From Tubiluchus corallicola (lineage: Eukaryota > Animalia > Priapulida), in assembly GCA_030141605.1 (NCBI GenBank), contig JAQGDQ010002385.1:1-64000 (forward strand): DNA of 64,000 nucleotides, given 5' to 3'. A program made the translations under genes and the position numbers. Shown here in pieces: positions 21,450 through 30,409 of this stretch; within the stretch, counting starts at the first letter, position 1, and each line of letters begins with the position of its first letter. The notes beneath the pieces were generated by a model. It was not told the DNA's origin. It made no database searches and saw only the letters and a list, made by a program, of their open reading frames with translations.

Positions 21450-22343
21450 CTAAATTGGCGACAACAAATGCACATTGGTGATAAGATTACGAACTCCATG
21501 TGCGTGATCTTCATCAAATGGATTATCAGATAGCCAATCAGCAAGCGTTCTGATGTCTATCTTAAGCACTTTAGGACGGACGCTCCAGGTTACCTGAAAA
21601 GGTGAAGCTTTTTCGTTGTAAACAGGGCCAGTAGTGGAACCACTATAAACAACTGGAGTGCCAAGATTATCAGGTAAGTTTGGTACTTGATTGCGACCTG
21701 CTATATTTTTAATGCTAGTCATTTTAATAAAATCAGCACCTCCCTTAGAAACTAAAACGCCAATCACCGCTTCAACACGCAATTGAGGATTTTTAACTTC
21801 TGCACTAAAACAGGTGCCCAAACCGTTACCTAAAGTGCCCTTGGCTGTAGAATATACAAAATGAATTTCAATAGTATCACCAGGTCTCAAGCTACCGTGT
21901 TCGCTCTGGCCAACCTTATAGTTAACAGGCGCTACCTCAGCAGACGTCAACATGCCATCATACTTAAAACCTGTCCCATAACCTTTGCCATTACCATTCC
22001 CCGCATAAGTCGTGAATTCGCCACCTTTATGCTCCGCATTTTTATGAAAATGAATATCACAAAGCGTCATACTCGTAACAGGGGGAGCAGCACTAAAAGG
22101 ATGTCTATTTTCGCCCCTCGGATCATCAATGTCACGCGGTGACTGAGGACCATAACCTTTCCCATGGGTTGACATTTTTAAATTTAACCTCTGTTTTTCA
22201 ATAATATCGTCAGAAACAGAATTTTCTCCAGCCATCGCACAGGATAAAATTGAAAATGTGCCAAAAATAGTAGCACTCATTAAAGAAAAAGATTTGCTTA
22301 TCATGATAACACCTGCAAGTTTAATGGTTAGAAATGTACGCAT
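21450..22343 (-). CDS. Delta-class carbonic anhydrase (secreted)
   Basis: LCDIHFHKNAEHK, GDTIEIHFVY, NPQLRVE, YSGSTTG and HAHGVR motifs; signal-peptide-like N-terminus. Confidence 0.8.
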   Translation of the reverse strand: MRTFLTIKLAGVIMISKSFSLMSATIFGTFSILSCAMAGENSVSDDIIEKQRLNLKMSTHGKGYGPQSPRDIDDPRGENRHPFSAAPPVTSMTLCDIHFHKNAEHKGGEFTTYAGNGNGKGYGTGFKYDGMLTSAEVAPVNYKVGQSEHGSLRPGDTIEIHFVYSTAKGTLGNGLGTCFSAEVKNPQLRVEAVIGVLVSKGGADFIKMTSIKNIAGRNQVPNLPDNLGTPVVYSGSTTGPVYNEKASPFQVTWSVRPKVLKIDIRTLADWLSDNPFDEDHAHGVRNLITNVHLLSPI

Positions 22344-22703
22344 AATTTCAACTTAAACGTAATTTAAGCAAAAATCAATAGTAGAAACCCTGCACGCCTA
22401 TCTCTATAGAAAACTTTCAAGCACTTGAAGAAATAACGAAGCTCAGAGATGCGGACACTCCTACACACCGCAAAATATAAATCAATAAATTTCTAATTGC
22501 AGAGAAAAATATCCAGTTGATCTGTACAGGAAACATAACAACAAACCAACCACTTCAGAATCGTGCTTTCATAGTGATGGTAATGGTAAATGTGAACAAA
22601 CGAGTAAAACCTTTGAAATAACATCATAACTTATAATCTGCGGTAGCTTTCTGGTGCTCAAAAAACAACCTGAAAACACAAACGAAAAAATACATCAGGA
22701 GCC

Positions 22704-22865
22704 ATGGCACCAGCTAAAGAGCGAAATGAGATTGACTGGAATACAGCAAACAGACTGGCTGAGGAAAATAAGGATTTCTTAGAATATATCAAACTTATTC
22801 GCCAGTTCTACCAAATCGGGGAGATGCGCCTGTCTGATTGGGATATGTGTGTTGATGGTGGCTAG
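22704..22865 (+). pseudogene. C-terminal fragment of a COG2958/HrgA-like restriction-associated protein
   Basis: Manual translation MAPAKERNEIDWNTANRLAEENKDFLEYIKLIRQFYQIGEMRLSDWD resembles the recalled COG2958 C-terminus. Confidence 0.55.
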
Positions 22866-23166
22866 TTTTTCTCTAATATCCCTATAATTTTCAGCGTCTT
22901 GCCACCATATTCAAAAACGCATTTTTGTTATTCCAGTAAGCTGCATATCTCATTAATTTAACTTGATGTAACCCACCTTTAAACCCTAGAATAGATCATA
23001 TCTTCAGGCTCAATCATTCACCATGATTAATTCCAAGCATAGAGTTCATATCTAACTTTTCTTTCAAATGATGGCTGAATTAAACTGACAATAGCGTTTT
23101 TCTTTATTCTCTTTTTTTACTTTATATTATCATGTAGACTTAAAATTTGAATAAGGAACATTACTT

Positions 23167-23607
23167 ATGCAACAAAGATTAAGTATCATCACATTGGGTG
23201 TTTCCGATTTAAAGAAATCCGAAGATTTTTATAATAAACTAGGATGGAAAAAATCTGGTAATAATGAAGGCATTGTTTGCTATAACCTACAATCTATGGC
23301 GTTCGCTCTTTACCCAATAGAAAAACTAGCTGAAGATAAAAAAATAGATATTCCTCGCTCAAATTTAAAGTTTCTTAAAACATTTTCAATTGCTCATAAC
23401 GTTGAAAATGAGAAAACTGTTGATAATGTTTTAAAGGAAGCAGAAAACGCAGGTGGAAAAATCACTAAACCAGCTCAAAAAACATTTTGGGGAGGATATT
23501 CAGGATATTTTTCTGACCCGGATGGATATTTATGGGAAGTAGCTTTTAACCCATTCTCAAAATTAGGCAAAAACGGTGAATTCCAATGGGAGGGCGTTCA
23601 GCCATAA
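23167..23607 (+). CDS. VOC/glyoxalase family protein
   Basis: LSIITLGVSDL..S..FY..LGW and FWGGYSGYFSDPDGYLWEVAFNP. Confidence 0.92.
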   Translation: MQQRLSIITLGVSDLKKSEDFYNKLGWKKSGNNEGIVCYNLQSMAFALYPIEKLAEDKKIDIPRSNLKFLKTFSIAHNVENEKTVDNVLKEAENAGGKITKPAQKTFWGGYSGYFSDPDGYLWEVAFNPFSKLGKNGEFQWEGVQP

Positions 23608-23970
23608 CCTGAGAATAGATTAAGCTGCTGATAGAGTTCGTTATTGATTTAAAATACTTTTTAATTTGCACTTTCGTATGCCTATAAATAAAGATTTTAT
23701 TGATTATATTTGCGAACAAGTCGCAAAAGTAAGAGATATCACAAGCCGAAGGCATTGATTTTTAAGGGTTCTTATTTCTGGTCACGGGGAGATCTCCTAG
23801 AAAAACAGAGAGCATTTAGCGGAAATTTAAGCCTCAAACATCACAATATACTGAGACAAAAAATGTCTTAAATAGAATCTCGCCTAGCTCTAAAAGCTTA
23901 CAAACACTGGCTTTTAGGAACTAGCTTAACTATATTTCGGGGAATATACGAAAAGTTAGAAAATAATAAA

Positions 23971-24008
23971 CTGGCGGTGGATTCGAATCCCGTTAACAAC
24001 CGTTCTCT
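23971..24008 (-). other. Possible att-like tRNA 3'-end remnant at the prophage boundary
   Basis: Minus strand CGGGATTCGAATCCACCGCCA (T-loop plus CCGCCA end); lies just left of the first phage-type gene. Confidence 0.3.
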
Positions 24009-24288
24009 AAAATCGCTTATTTTTAGGCTCTGTTTTTCCTATAAAATCTTAGAATTTGAGCGAAAAATCGTGTATGTCTCTTCCGAGAAAATGATAGTAT
24101 AATTGCACCCAAAATCGCCTGTTTGTGTTGTTTTTGAAAGTCTTACCTTTCATCTCCCCCTTAGAGTTCGAACCAAGACAAGCGAACACCCACTTGTCCT
24201 TTAATGCAAACTTTTATGAACATAAAACTTGATATCACAAGCAAAGCAAGCATTCATTGGATCGTAACCTAAACGAAAGGATTTTACC

Positions 24289-24549
24289 ATGCAAAAACAA
24301 ATATATTTAAGTGAACACGAACTGGCTGAAAAATGGGGGATATCTCCTAGAACTTTACAACGCTGGAGGTGGCTTAACCAAGGGCCAAACTACCTTAAAA
24401 TCGGAGGTCGCGTCAGATACAGACCTGAAGATGTAGATGCTTTTGAGAAGAAGCGTTTCTGCCAGATACAGGACAATCCCAATAATGATAATGCCAACGT
24501 TTCTGAGGAGTACGGATACAGTATCACGCTTAATGGCCAGAAGCTATAA
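24289..24549 (+). CDS. Excisionase/AlpA-like HTH DNA-binding protein
   Basis: LSEHELAEKWGISPRTLQRWR...GPNYLKIGGRVRYR; AAAGGA RBS. Confidence 0.85.
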   Translation: MQKQIYLSEHELAEKWGISPRTLQRWRWLNQGPNYLKIGGRVRYRPEDVDAFEKKRFCQIQDNPNNDNANVSEEYGYSITLNGQKL

Positions 24550-25205
24550 GGCACCATAAGTTGACCCTTATTTCGTTTAAGGGTCATTATACGGTGCTTT
24601 ACGCTTCTTTCAAATGCATCCACTTCCAAGCTCTTTTTCGCAATATTGTAAACACCCTCCCAGCAATCCACACAAGGAATATTGCTGTCTTGATAACTGT
24701 TGTGCGGATGCTTTATAAGGATTGATAACAATCCCAGTTTCTCACCAAGCACGGCATTCTCAAACTTATCCTCAATCCAAAGAAGTCCAGAGTTTTTATA
24801 GCGTGACAAGGCTTCTGTCTTATCACCTGCAGTTGGCAGGCAGACCAGTTCTTTAAAAATACCTTTTCCAAAAACGGTTTCAAGATTGTGGAGGCGTAAT
24901 GCTTTTGCATGCTCTGCTTCACTAAGCGCTGTAATCGCAACAAAGTGCCAGCCTTCCTGAAACATCTTCCGCACATAATAAACGGCGTTTCTGATTGGCT
25001 CTAGCATTCCCTGTTGTAAACAGTGATTGAATTCTTCAACGAGCTTCATGCCTGCTTCTTGTGATACGCCAAGTCTATGGGCAATATCATAGACCTTTTC
25101 TGTCGCATGTTTTGTAACCATACCTCTTTCTCTTGCCCAAGCATTAAAGCCTTTTTCCCAGTCTAATAAAACGCCGTCAACATCGGTCAGAATAATCTTG
25201 CTCAT
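24390..25205 (-). CDS. HAD-superfamily phosphatase/5'-nucleotidase-like protein (T4 gp30.2-like)
   Basis: IILTDVDGVLLDW (DxD motif I), AITA, K, WIEDK..NA (motif IV); AAGGAG RBS; C-terminal tail overlaps the HTH gene antisense. Confidence 0.82.
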   Translation of the reverse strand: MSKIILTDVDGVLLDWEKGFNAWARERGMVTKHATEKVYDIAHRLGVSQEAGMKLVEEFNHCLQQGMLEPIRNAVYYVRKMFQEGWHFVAITALSEAEHAKALRLHNLETVFGKGIFKELVCLPTAGDKTEALSRYKNSGLLWIEDKFENAVLGEKLGLLSILIKHPHNSYQDSNIPCVDCWEGVYNIAKKSLEVDAFERSVKHRIMTLKRNKGQLMVPYSFWPLSVILYPYSSETLALSLLGLSCIWQKRFFSKASTSSGLYLTRPPILR

Positions 25206-25253
25206 GCGATCTCCTTCTATTGTTAAAGATGCTCACAATATACTTGATATTTG

Positions 25254-25268
25254 CGTCTGAAATGGACG
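25254..25268 (-). promoter_or_regulatory. DriD-type operator box for the HAD gene
   Basis: Minus strand CGTC-CATTTCA-GACG, followed 11 nt later by TATATT (25242-25237). Confidence 0.65.
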
Positions 25269-25294
25269 TGTATTGTGTAGTTCAATTTTATTTA

Positions 25295-25309
25295 CGTCCA
25301 TAAATGTCG
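25295..25309 (+). promoter_or_regulatory. DriD-type operator box for the thermonuclease-DUF2779 operon
   Basis: CGTC-CATAAAT-GTCG, followed 11 nt later by TATTTT (25321-25326). Confidence 0.65.
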
Positions 25310-25348
25310 CTTATGAAGTTTATTTTTATTGAAAAATTGGAGGCGATT

Positions 25349-25810
25349 ATGTTAAAACTATTGAAGATTGTTTTGATTTGTTTGTTTTTTTCTTCTCCCG
25401 CTTATGCTGGGATAAAGGTTGTCGATGGTGATAGCTTGAAGATCAATGGAGCAAAAGTAAGGCTGTATGGCCTTGATGCTCCTGAGCATGATCAAACTTG
25501 CAAAGCAGATAGCTCTGAATACTCTTGTGGGCAGGATGCCAAGATAGCTCTTCAAGGTCTCATAACGGATGAAACCTTCTGTGTTATCAAGGGTGGAGAT
25601 CGTTACAAAAGGGTTCTGGCTATTTGTTATAACGGCAATAAGGATATCAATGCAGAGCTTGTAAGAAGAGGTTTTGCGGTGGCTTACGTCCGATATGCAA
25701 AAGATTATGTGAAACAGGAAAGCGAAGCAAGACAAAACAAAGCCGGTATATGGCAAGGAGAATTTATAAATCCTGAAGACTACAGGAAAAGGAAAAAGCA
25801 TGGCAAGTAA
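25349..25810 (+). CDS. Thermonuclease (SNase family) with signal peptide
   Basis: VVDGDSL, VRLYGLDAPE, DRYKRVLA, NAELVRRGFA, GIWQG; GGAGG RBS before ATG 25349; signal ending AYA. Confidence 0.92.
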   Translation: MLKLLKIVLICLFFSSPAYAGIKVVDGDSLKINGAKVRLYGLDAPEHDQTCKADSSEYSCGQDAKIALQGLITDETFCVIKGGDRYKRVLAICYNGNKDINAELVRRGFAVAYVRYAKDYVKQESEARQNKAGIWQGEFINPEDYRKRKKHGK

Positions 25811-27284
25811 ACCGAAAATTTCAAAATCACAATATGTTAAGGGGCTGCAGTGTCCCAAGGCACTTTGGTTCTATCGTCACCGTAAAGAACTCAAACCACC
25901 CATTGATCCTGCTACGCAAGCTCGCTTTGATGCGGGGAACGAGATCGGGCAACTTGCCATGGCGTATTTTGAAGGTGGCGTTGAAGTTACCGATGCTTAT
26001 TGGGAGATTGAGAAAGCCGTTGCATCCACTCAAAACTTCATCAAACAAGGACATGAGATCATCTTTGAGGCAACGGCTCTTCATCCAATAGACGGTGGTT
26101 ATTCCCGCATTGATGTTTTGCGTAAAGTACCGAACAGTGATGAATGGGATTTGATTGAGGTCAAAAGCTCTACTGGGGTTAAGGATTATCACATCGATGA
26201 TATGTCGTTTCAATATCATGTCTTCTTTGCCGCAGGTTATAAAATCAGGAAATGTCTGATGATGGTGATTGATAATACTTACGTCCGACAAGGTGAGATT
26301 GAGCCTCAAAAACTCTTCAAGCTGGAGGATATTTCAAACGAAGTCTTTGCCAAGCAAAGTGATGTTGATTACTGGGCAGCACAGCTGGGTTATGTTCTTG
26401 ATCGCAAGGATGAACCGGATATTAAAATTGGCGAGAGATGCTTCAATCCATTTGAGTGTGAATATCGCCACCATTGCTGGAAGCATATTCCAAAGTATTC
26501 GGTGTTTGATATTTATCAAAAGAAAAAGACGGGCGAGATCATCAATCAGATCGGAAGCTATGACATCAAAGACATTCCGCCAAACCTTTTTCCTAACGGA
26601 GCCAAAGCCATTGATGTTGATTGCTATCAATGCGATAAAGAGCATGTTGAGAAAGAGCCTATTCGTGAGTGGTTGGCCGGTCTTGAATATCCGCTTTATT
26701 ATCTGGACTATGAAACGCTCATGCCCGCTATTCCTTTGTTTGATGGCACACGACCTTTTCAGCAGGTACCATTTCAATTCTCGCTTCATGTGCAGGAAAG
26801 CCAAAATGCCGAGCTGAAACATTTTGAGTTTATTCACAAAGAGCAGTCTGATCCAAGAGAAGCCTTTGCCAAAGCATTGGTTGAGCTATGCGGAAAATCT
26901 GGCTCCGTGATTGTTTATAATCAAGGCTTTGAAATGGCACGCAATCGAGAGCTGGCTGATGATTTTCCACAATATGCAGATGGACTTCTTGCAATCAATG
27001 ATCGTGTCATTGACCTGCTGGAGCCATTTAAAAAGCGTTGGATTTACAGCCCGAAACAACAAGGGTCTGCATCGATTAAATATGTTTTGCCGGCTTTTAC
27101 CGATTTGAAATATGAAGATATGGGGATTGCGAATGGGCAAGAAGCGATGGATGGATATCTCGCCTTTGCAAAAGGAAATGTATCACCAGAGCAGTCGCAT
27201 ATTTTGTGGAAAAATCTATCTGAATACTGTAAGCTCGATACCTATGCAATGGTTGAGTTGCTGGAAATGTTGAAAAAGATATAA
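25800..27284 (+). CDS. DUF2779 protein: Cas4/RecB-like PD-(D/E)xK nuclease plus DEDD/RNase H-like exonuclease domain
   Basis: ISKS...QCPK, RIDVL..LIEVKSST, C..P..C.Y...C cluster; YLDYET, VYN..FE, YCKLDT. Confidence 0.85.
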   Translation: MASKPKISKSQYVKGLQCPKALWFYRHRKELKPPIDPATQARFDAGNEIGQLAMAYFEGGVEVTDAYWEIEKAVASTQNFIKQGHEIIFEATALHPIDGGYSRIDVLRKVPNSDEWDLIEVKSSTGVKDYHIDDMSFQYHVFFAAGYKIRKCLMMVIDNTYVRQGEIEPQKLFKLEDISNEVFAKQSDVDYWAAQLGYVLDRKDEPDIKIGERCFNPFECEYRHHCWKHIPKYSVFDIYQKKKTGEIINQIGSYDIKDIPPNLFPNGAKAIDVDCYQCDKEHVEKEPIREWLAGLEYPLYYLDYETLMPAIPLFDGTRPFQQVPFQFSLHVQESQNAELKHFEFIHKEQSDPREAFAKALVELCGKSGSVIVYNQGFEMARNRELADDFPQYADGLLAINDRVIDLLEPFKKRWIYSPKQQGSASIKYVLPAFTDLKYEDMGIANGQEAMDGYLAFAKGNVSPEQSHILWKNLSEYCKLDTYAMVELLEMLKKI

Positions 27285-27290
27285 GGGGAG

Positions 27291-29297
27291 CTAAGCCTGT
27301 TCTTTGTATTGATATTTTTTCTTGTCAACTTCACTAATAAATCTTGAGGGGTTATCAAAGAATGCGGCGTATGTTGCAAAATATGCTGGAGCCGTCAAAT
27401 AGAGGCTTTCTTTAGCACGGCTACAGGCTACATAAAACAATTTACGCTCTTCCTCAAGTTGCTCATAATCTTCAAACGATTTATAGTGAGGCACTGCTCC
27501 ATCTATGAGAGAAACAACAAAAACGGTATTCCATTCAAGTCCTTTTGCACTATGAATTGTTGAAATTGTTACGGAATCCTCATTGGGTTCTGCTGATGTG
27601 AAAACAGCCTTTGAATCGTTTGGTGGATCAAGAGCTAGGTTGGAAAGGAAATTTTCAATGTTTCCATATTCTGCACACAATCGTTTTAGAACTTTAAAAT
27701 CTTCAATTCGATTTTTCCAATCTTCTTCAACTTTCTTTAAGACCGGAGTGTAGTATTTTTCAATTATATCGAAAGCTGCAATTAATGATGGAGCTTCACT
27801 GGCAGAATTTAGTGCATCATATAGAAGTTTTATGTTTTCATTTTTCTTTACGTAAGAGCTATTTTTTAACGGCGTTAACTTTCCATCTTCATCCTGAATT
27901 TCTTTTGTAATTTTATTTGCCGTAACATTTCCAACACCCTCTAAGATTGTTACAATACGATGCCACGAAATAGCATCAAGTGGGTTCCATAGTATTTTCA
28001 AATAAGCTAAAATATCTTTAACATGTCGTTTTTCTATAAATTTTATTCCTCCTACCACAACAAATGGAATGCCTCTTTTAAGGAACTCTGCCTGCACAAA
28101 ATTTGAATGAAAAGAAGTTCTGCACAAGACAGCCATCTCTTTGTACTCAAGCCTCTCTTTTGATTTGATAATTTTATCTGCAATAAATTGAGCTTCCTGC
28201 TCTTCATTCGTACAGCGTATAAATTCAGGCTTTTTCCCTTTTCCCTTATCTTCAGAAAATAAATCCTTTTTATAACCAAGTGATATCTGATCGGAAACAT
28301 TATTAATAAATCCAAGTATACTTGGTGTGCTTCGATAATTTTGCTCTAGTTTTATAAGTTTAGCATTAGGGTATGTCTCACCAAATAGCAATATGTTCTC
28401 ATAATTTGCACCTCTAAACGCATAAATGCTTTGATTATCATCGCCAACTACCATTAATGAACAGAAATCTTTTTCCGCCAGTAAATCTATCAGTTCTTTT
28501 TGAGGAAGGTTGGTATCTTGGTATTCATCCACCATAATGTATTGGTATTTTTTATGGACGCTTTCTTTAAATCTAGAATTGGATTTTAGATGGTGATTTA
28601 TTTCGTCTATCAAATCATCATAATCATATAAGCTATTGGCTTTTTTATACTTGCTGTACATTTTAGAAAGCTCGAGTATTTCAGGAATGTAGCACTTAAA
28701 GTTAGGGTAATTCTGCTCTACAATTTTTTCTATAGGAATCAGCTTGTTTCGAGAGGAGGATATAATGTTTTGAATAACAGATTTTCTTGGGAATGGAATT
28801 TCCTCTTTTTTCTTCATACCAGCTTGCTTTTTTAGCAAATCAATTAAGTCCCTAGAATCCTCTTGATCAAGAATAGTAAATTTAGGGTTTATTCCAAGCA
28901 TTTTAGAATATCTTGCCAGTAGCATATTACAAAAAGAGTGAAAGGTTCCGCTTGTAACATTGTTTGAAATATCTCCACCTAACAGCTGGTTTACACGTTT
29001 TTTTATTTCCCCAGCCGCTTTTTTAGTAAATGTTAAAATAAGTATTTTTTCTGCACTTATGCCATTTTCAAGCAAAAAGCTTGTTCTGTATGTAAGTGTT
29101 CTGGTTTTTCCAGATCCTGCTCCTGCAATAACCAATGTTTTCCCATCAATCGTTGTTGCTGCCTCTAATTGCCCTGGATTTAACTCTTCTTGATATTTAA
29201 TCTTATATTCTTTATCTGTAAAATCTCTATTTTCTGTTGAAAAATTATTTTCAAGATTTGAAATTACGGTCTTAAGACGTTTAATTTTTGTTTCCAT
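27291..29297 (-). CDS. UvrD/Rep/PcrA-family SF1 helicase
   Basis: AGAGSGKT, VDEYQD, VGDDNQSIYAFRGA, LEQNYRS, TIHSAKGLEW, EERKLFYVACSRA. Confidence 0.95.
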   Translation of the reverse strand: METKIKRLKTVISNLENNFSTENRDFTDKEYKIKYQEELNPGQLEAATTIDGKTLVIAGAGSGKTRTLTYRTSFLLENGISAEKILILTFTKKAAGEIKKRVNQLLGGDISNNVTSGTFHSFCNMLLARYSKMLGINPKFTILDQEDSRDLIDLLKKQAGMKKKEEIPFPRKSVIQNIISSSRNKLIPIEKIVEQNYPNFKCYIPEILELSKMYSKYKKANSLYDYDDLIDEINHHLKSNSRFKESVHKKYQYIMVDEYQDTNLPQKELIDLLAEKDFCSLMVVGDDNQSIYAFRGANYENILLFGETYPNAKLIKLEQNYRSTPSILGFINNVSDQISLGYKKDLFSEDKGKGKKPEFIRCTNEEQEAQFIADKIIKSKERLEYKEMAVLCRTSFHSNFVQAEFLKRGIPFVVVGGIKFIEKRHVKDILAYLKILWNPLDAISWHRIVTILEGVGNVTANKITKEIQDEDGKLTPLKNSSYVKKNENIKLLYDALNSASEAPSLIAAFDIIEKYYTPVLKKVEEDWKNRIEDFKVLKRLCAEYGNIENFLSNLALDPPNDSKAVFTSAEPNEDSVTISTIHSAKGLEWNTVFVVSLIDGAVPHYKSFEDYEQLEEERKLFYVACSRAKESLYLTAPAYFATYAAFFDNPSRFISEVDKKKYQYKEQA

Positions 29298-30265
29298 TTA
29301 TTTACCTCCCCAAGCATCTCTTGATATTTCTGCTTTAAATGATCTGGGGCAATGATTTCAACATCCTTGCCCCAAGTGAACAGGTGCCAGCACATTTCCA
29401 TCCAACCTCCTGCCGTAAAGGTCACAAGCAATGATCCGTCGTCCTGCTCGTCAAAGACCTGTGTCGGGTGGAATTGATATTCTTTAGCACGCTCCGCAAC
29501 ATCACTTGAAAACTTCCACACAACCTTAAAAGGCTCTTCCTGAAACACTCCGAAAGACCTCTCGGCATAATTTTGCAAAGAGAATGAACGTTTGCGTGTG
29601 AAAGGCTTGTCTGTGATAACAGCTTCCTGAATATTGGAAAGGCTGAACATGCGGAAATCTTTCGCCTTATCGCACCAAGCAATCATGTAATGACGGTTTC
29701 CGTATAAAAATCCGTAAGGAGCGACAACGCGTTCGGATGTCTCTTCTTCGTGGATAGGTTCGCAAGTGATTTTAACTTTCAGGCAAGCTTTAACAGCATT
29801 GCGGAGTGTGTTTAAAACTTCCCCTTTAATCTTTAGTTTTGGTCCCGGACGCATCGCAAAACCTTCCGCCTCAAGCAAAGCTTCCAGGTCTGTTTCCAGT
29901 TTGGCTGCTTGATCGGCACGCACAATGCTTTTGATCTTGATCGCAAGGTTTTCAAGGATGTCTGCCGGCTCTTCCAAGTTATCACGACGCAAGCGAGTAA
30001 TAGCAGCCTGAAGCTCTGCAAGCTCATCCGCATCAAAGCGAGTAAGCGAAGAGAATTTGCCGGATGGAATACGCCAACGCTTATTACGCCCTTCTTTAAT
30101 CTCAATCATCTGAGGCACAAGTCGCCCAATCACATCACGCATACGTTCAGCCGTACGACGACTAACGTTAAACTCCTGTGCAATGTCTGTTGTTGAAACG
30201 CCCTCGGCAGTTGATTGCATCCAGATCGCAAGTTTTAGAAGATTTTCAGCTTGTTCAAAGCGCAT
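29264..30265 (-). CDS. HTH-WYL-WCX transcription regulator, DriD-like
   Basis: VSRRTAERMRD..PQM..KRWRIPSG resembles the recalled Caulobacter DriD N-terminus; WYL core R.VAPYGFLYGNRHYMIA...FRMFSL..I; CWHLFTWG. Confidence 0.9.
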   Translation of the reverse strand: MRFEQAENLLKLAIWMQSTAEGVSTTDIAQEFNVSRRTAERMRDVIGRLVPQMIEIKEGRNKRWRIPSGKFSSLTRFDADELAELQAAITRLRRDNLEEPADILENLAIKIKSIVRADQAAKLETDLEALLEAEGFAMRPGPKLKIKGEVLNTLRNAVKACLKVKITCEPIHEEETSERVVAPYGFLYGNRHYMIAWCDKAKDFRMFSLSNIQEAVITDKPFTRKRSFSLQNYAERSFGVFQEEPFKVVWKFSSDVAERAKEYQFHPTQVFDEQDDGSLLVTFTAGGWMEMCWHLFTWGKDVEIIAPDHLKQKYQEMLGEVNKWKQKLNVLRP

Positions 30266-30346
30266 AACCTGTTCTCTATAAATTAAGCTGTTTTCTTTAT
30301 TTTTAAGACAATCAAGGTCAAATGTCTAGCAAAAAGATAAAACAGT

Positions 30347-30361
30347 CGTCCATGAGTGTCG
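30347..30361. promoter_or_regulatory. Third DriD-type box in the WYL/hsdM divergent region
   Basis: CGTC-CATGAGT-GTCG; 13 of 15 nt identical to the box at 25295. Confidence 0.6.
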
Positions 30362-30380
30362 TTTGTTGAGTGCTTTTTAC

Positions 30381-30409
30381 TTGCAATTTCGAAGTTTTTC
30401 TTTTATGTT
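30381..30409 (+). promoter_or_regulatory. Putative sigma70 promoter of hsdMSR
   Basis: TTGCAA-17 nt-TATGTT. Confidence 0.4.

Noticed and set aside
22414-22700. Possible Fic remnant (ESCFHSDGNGK)
   Set aside because: Motif is degenerate and the frame is broken by stops; cannot be supported without a search
25800-27284. CRISPR-Cas locus from the Cas4-like motifs
   Set aside because: No cas1/cas2 and no repeat-spacer array seen
27291-29297. Gabija GajB
   Set aside because: No adjacent OLD/TOPRIM ATPase (GajA); the protein looks like a near full-length UvrD core
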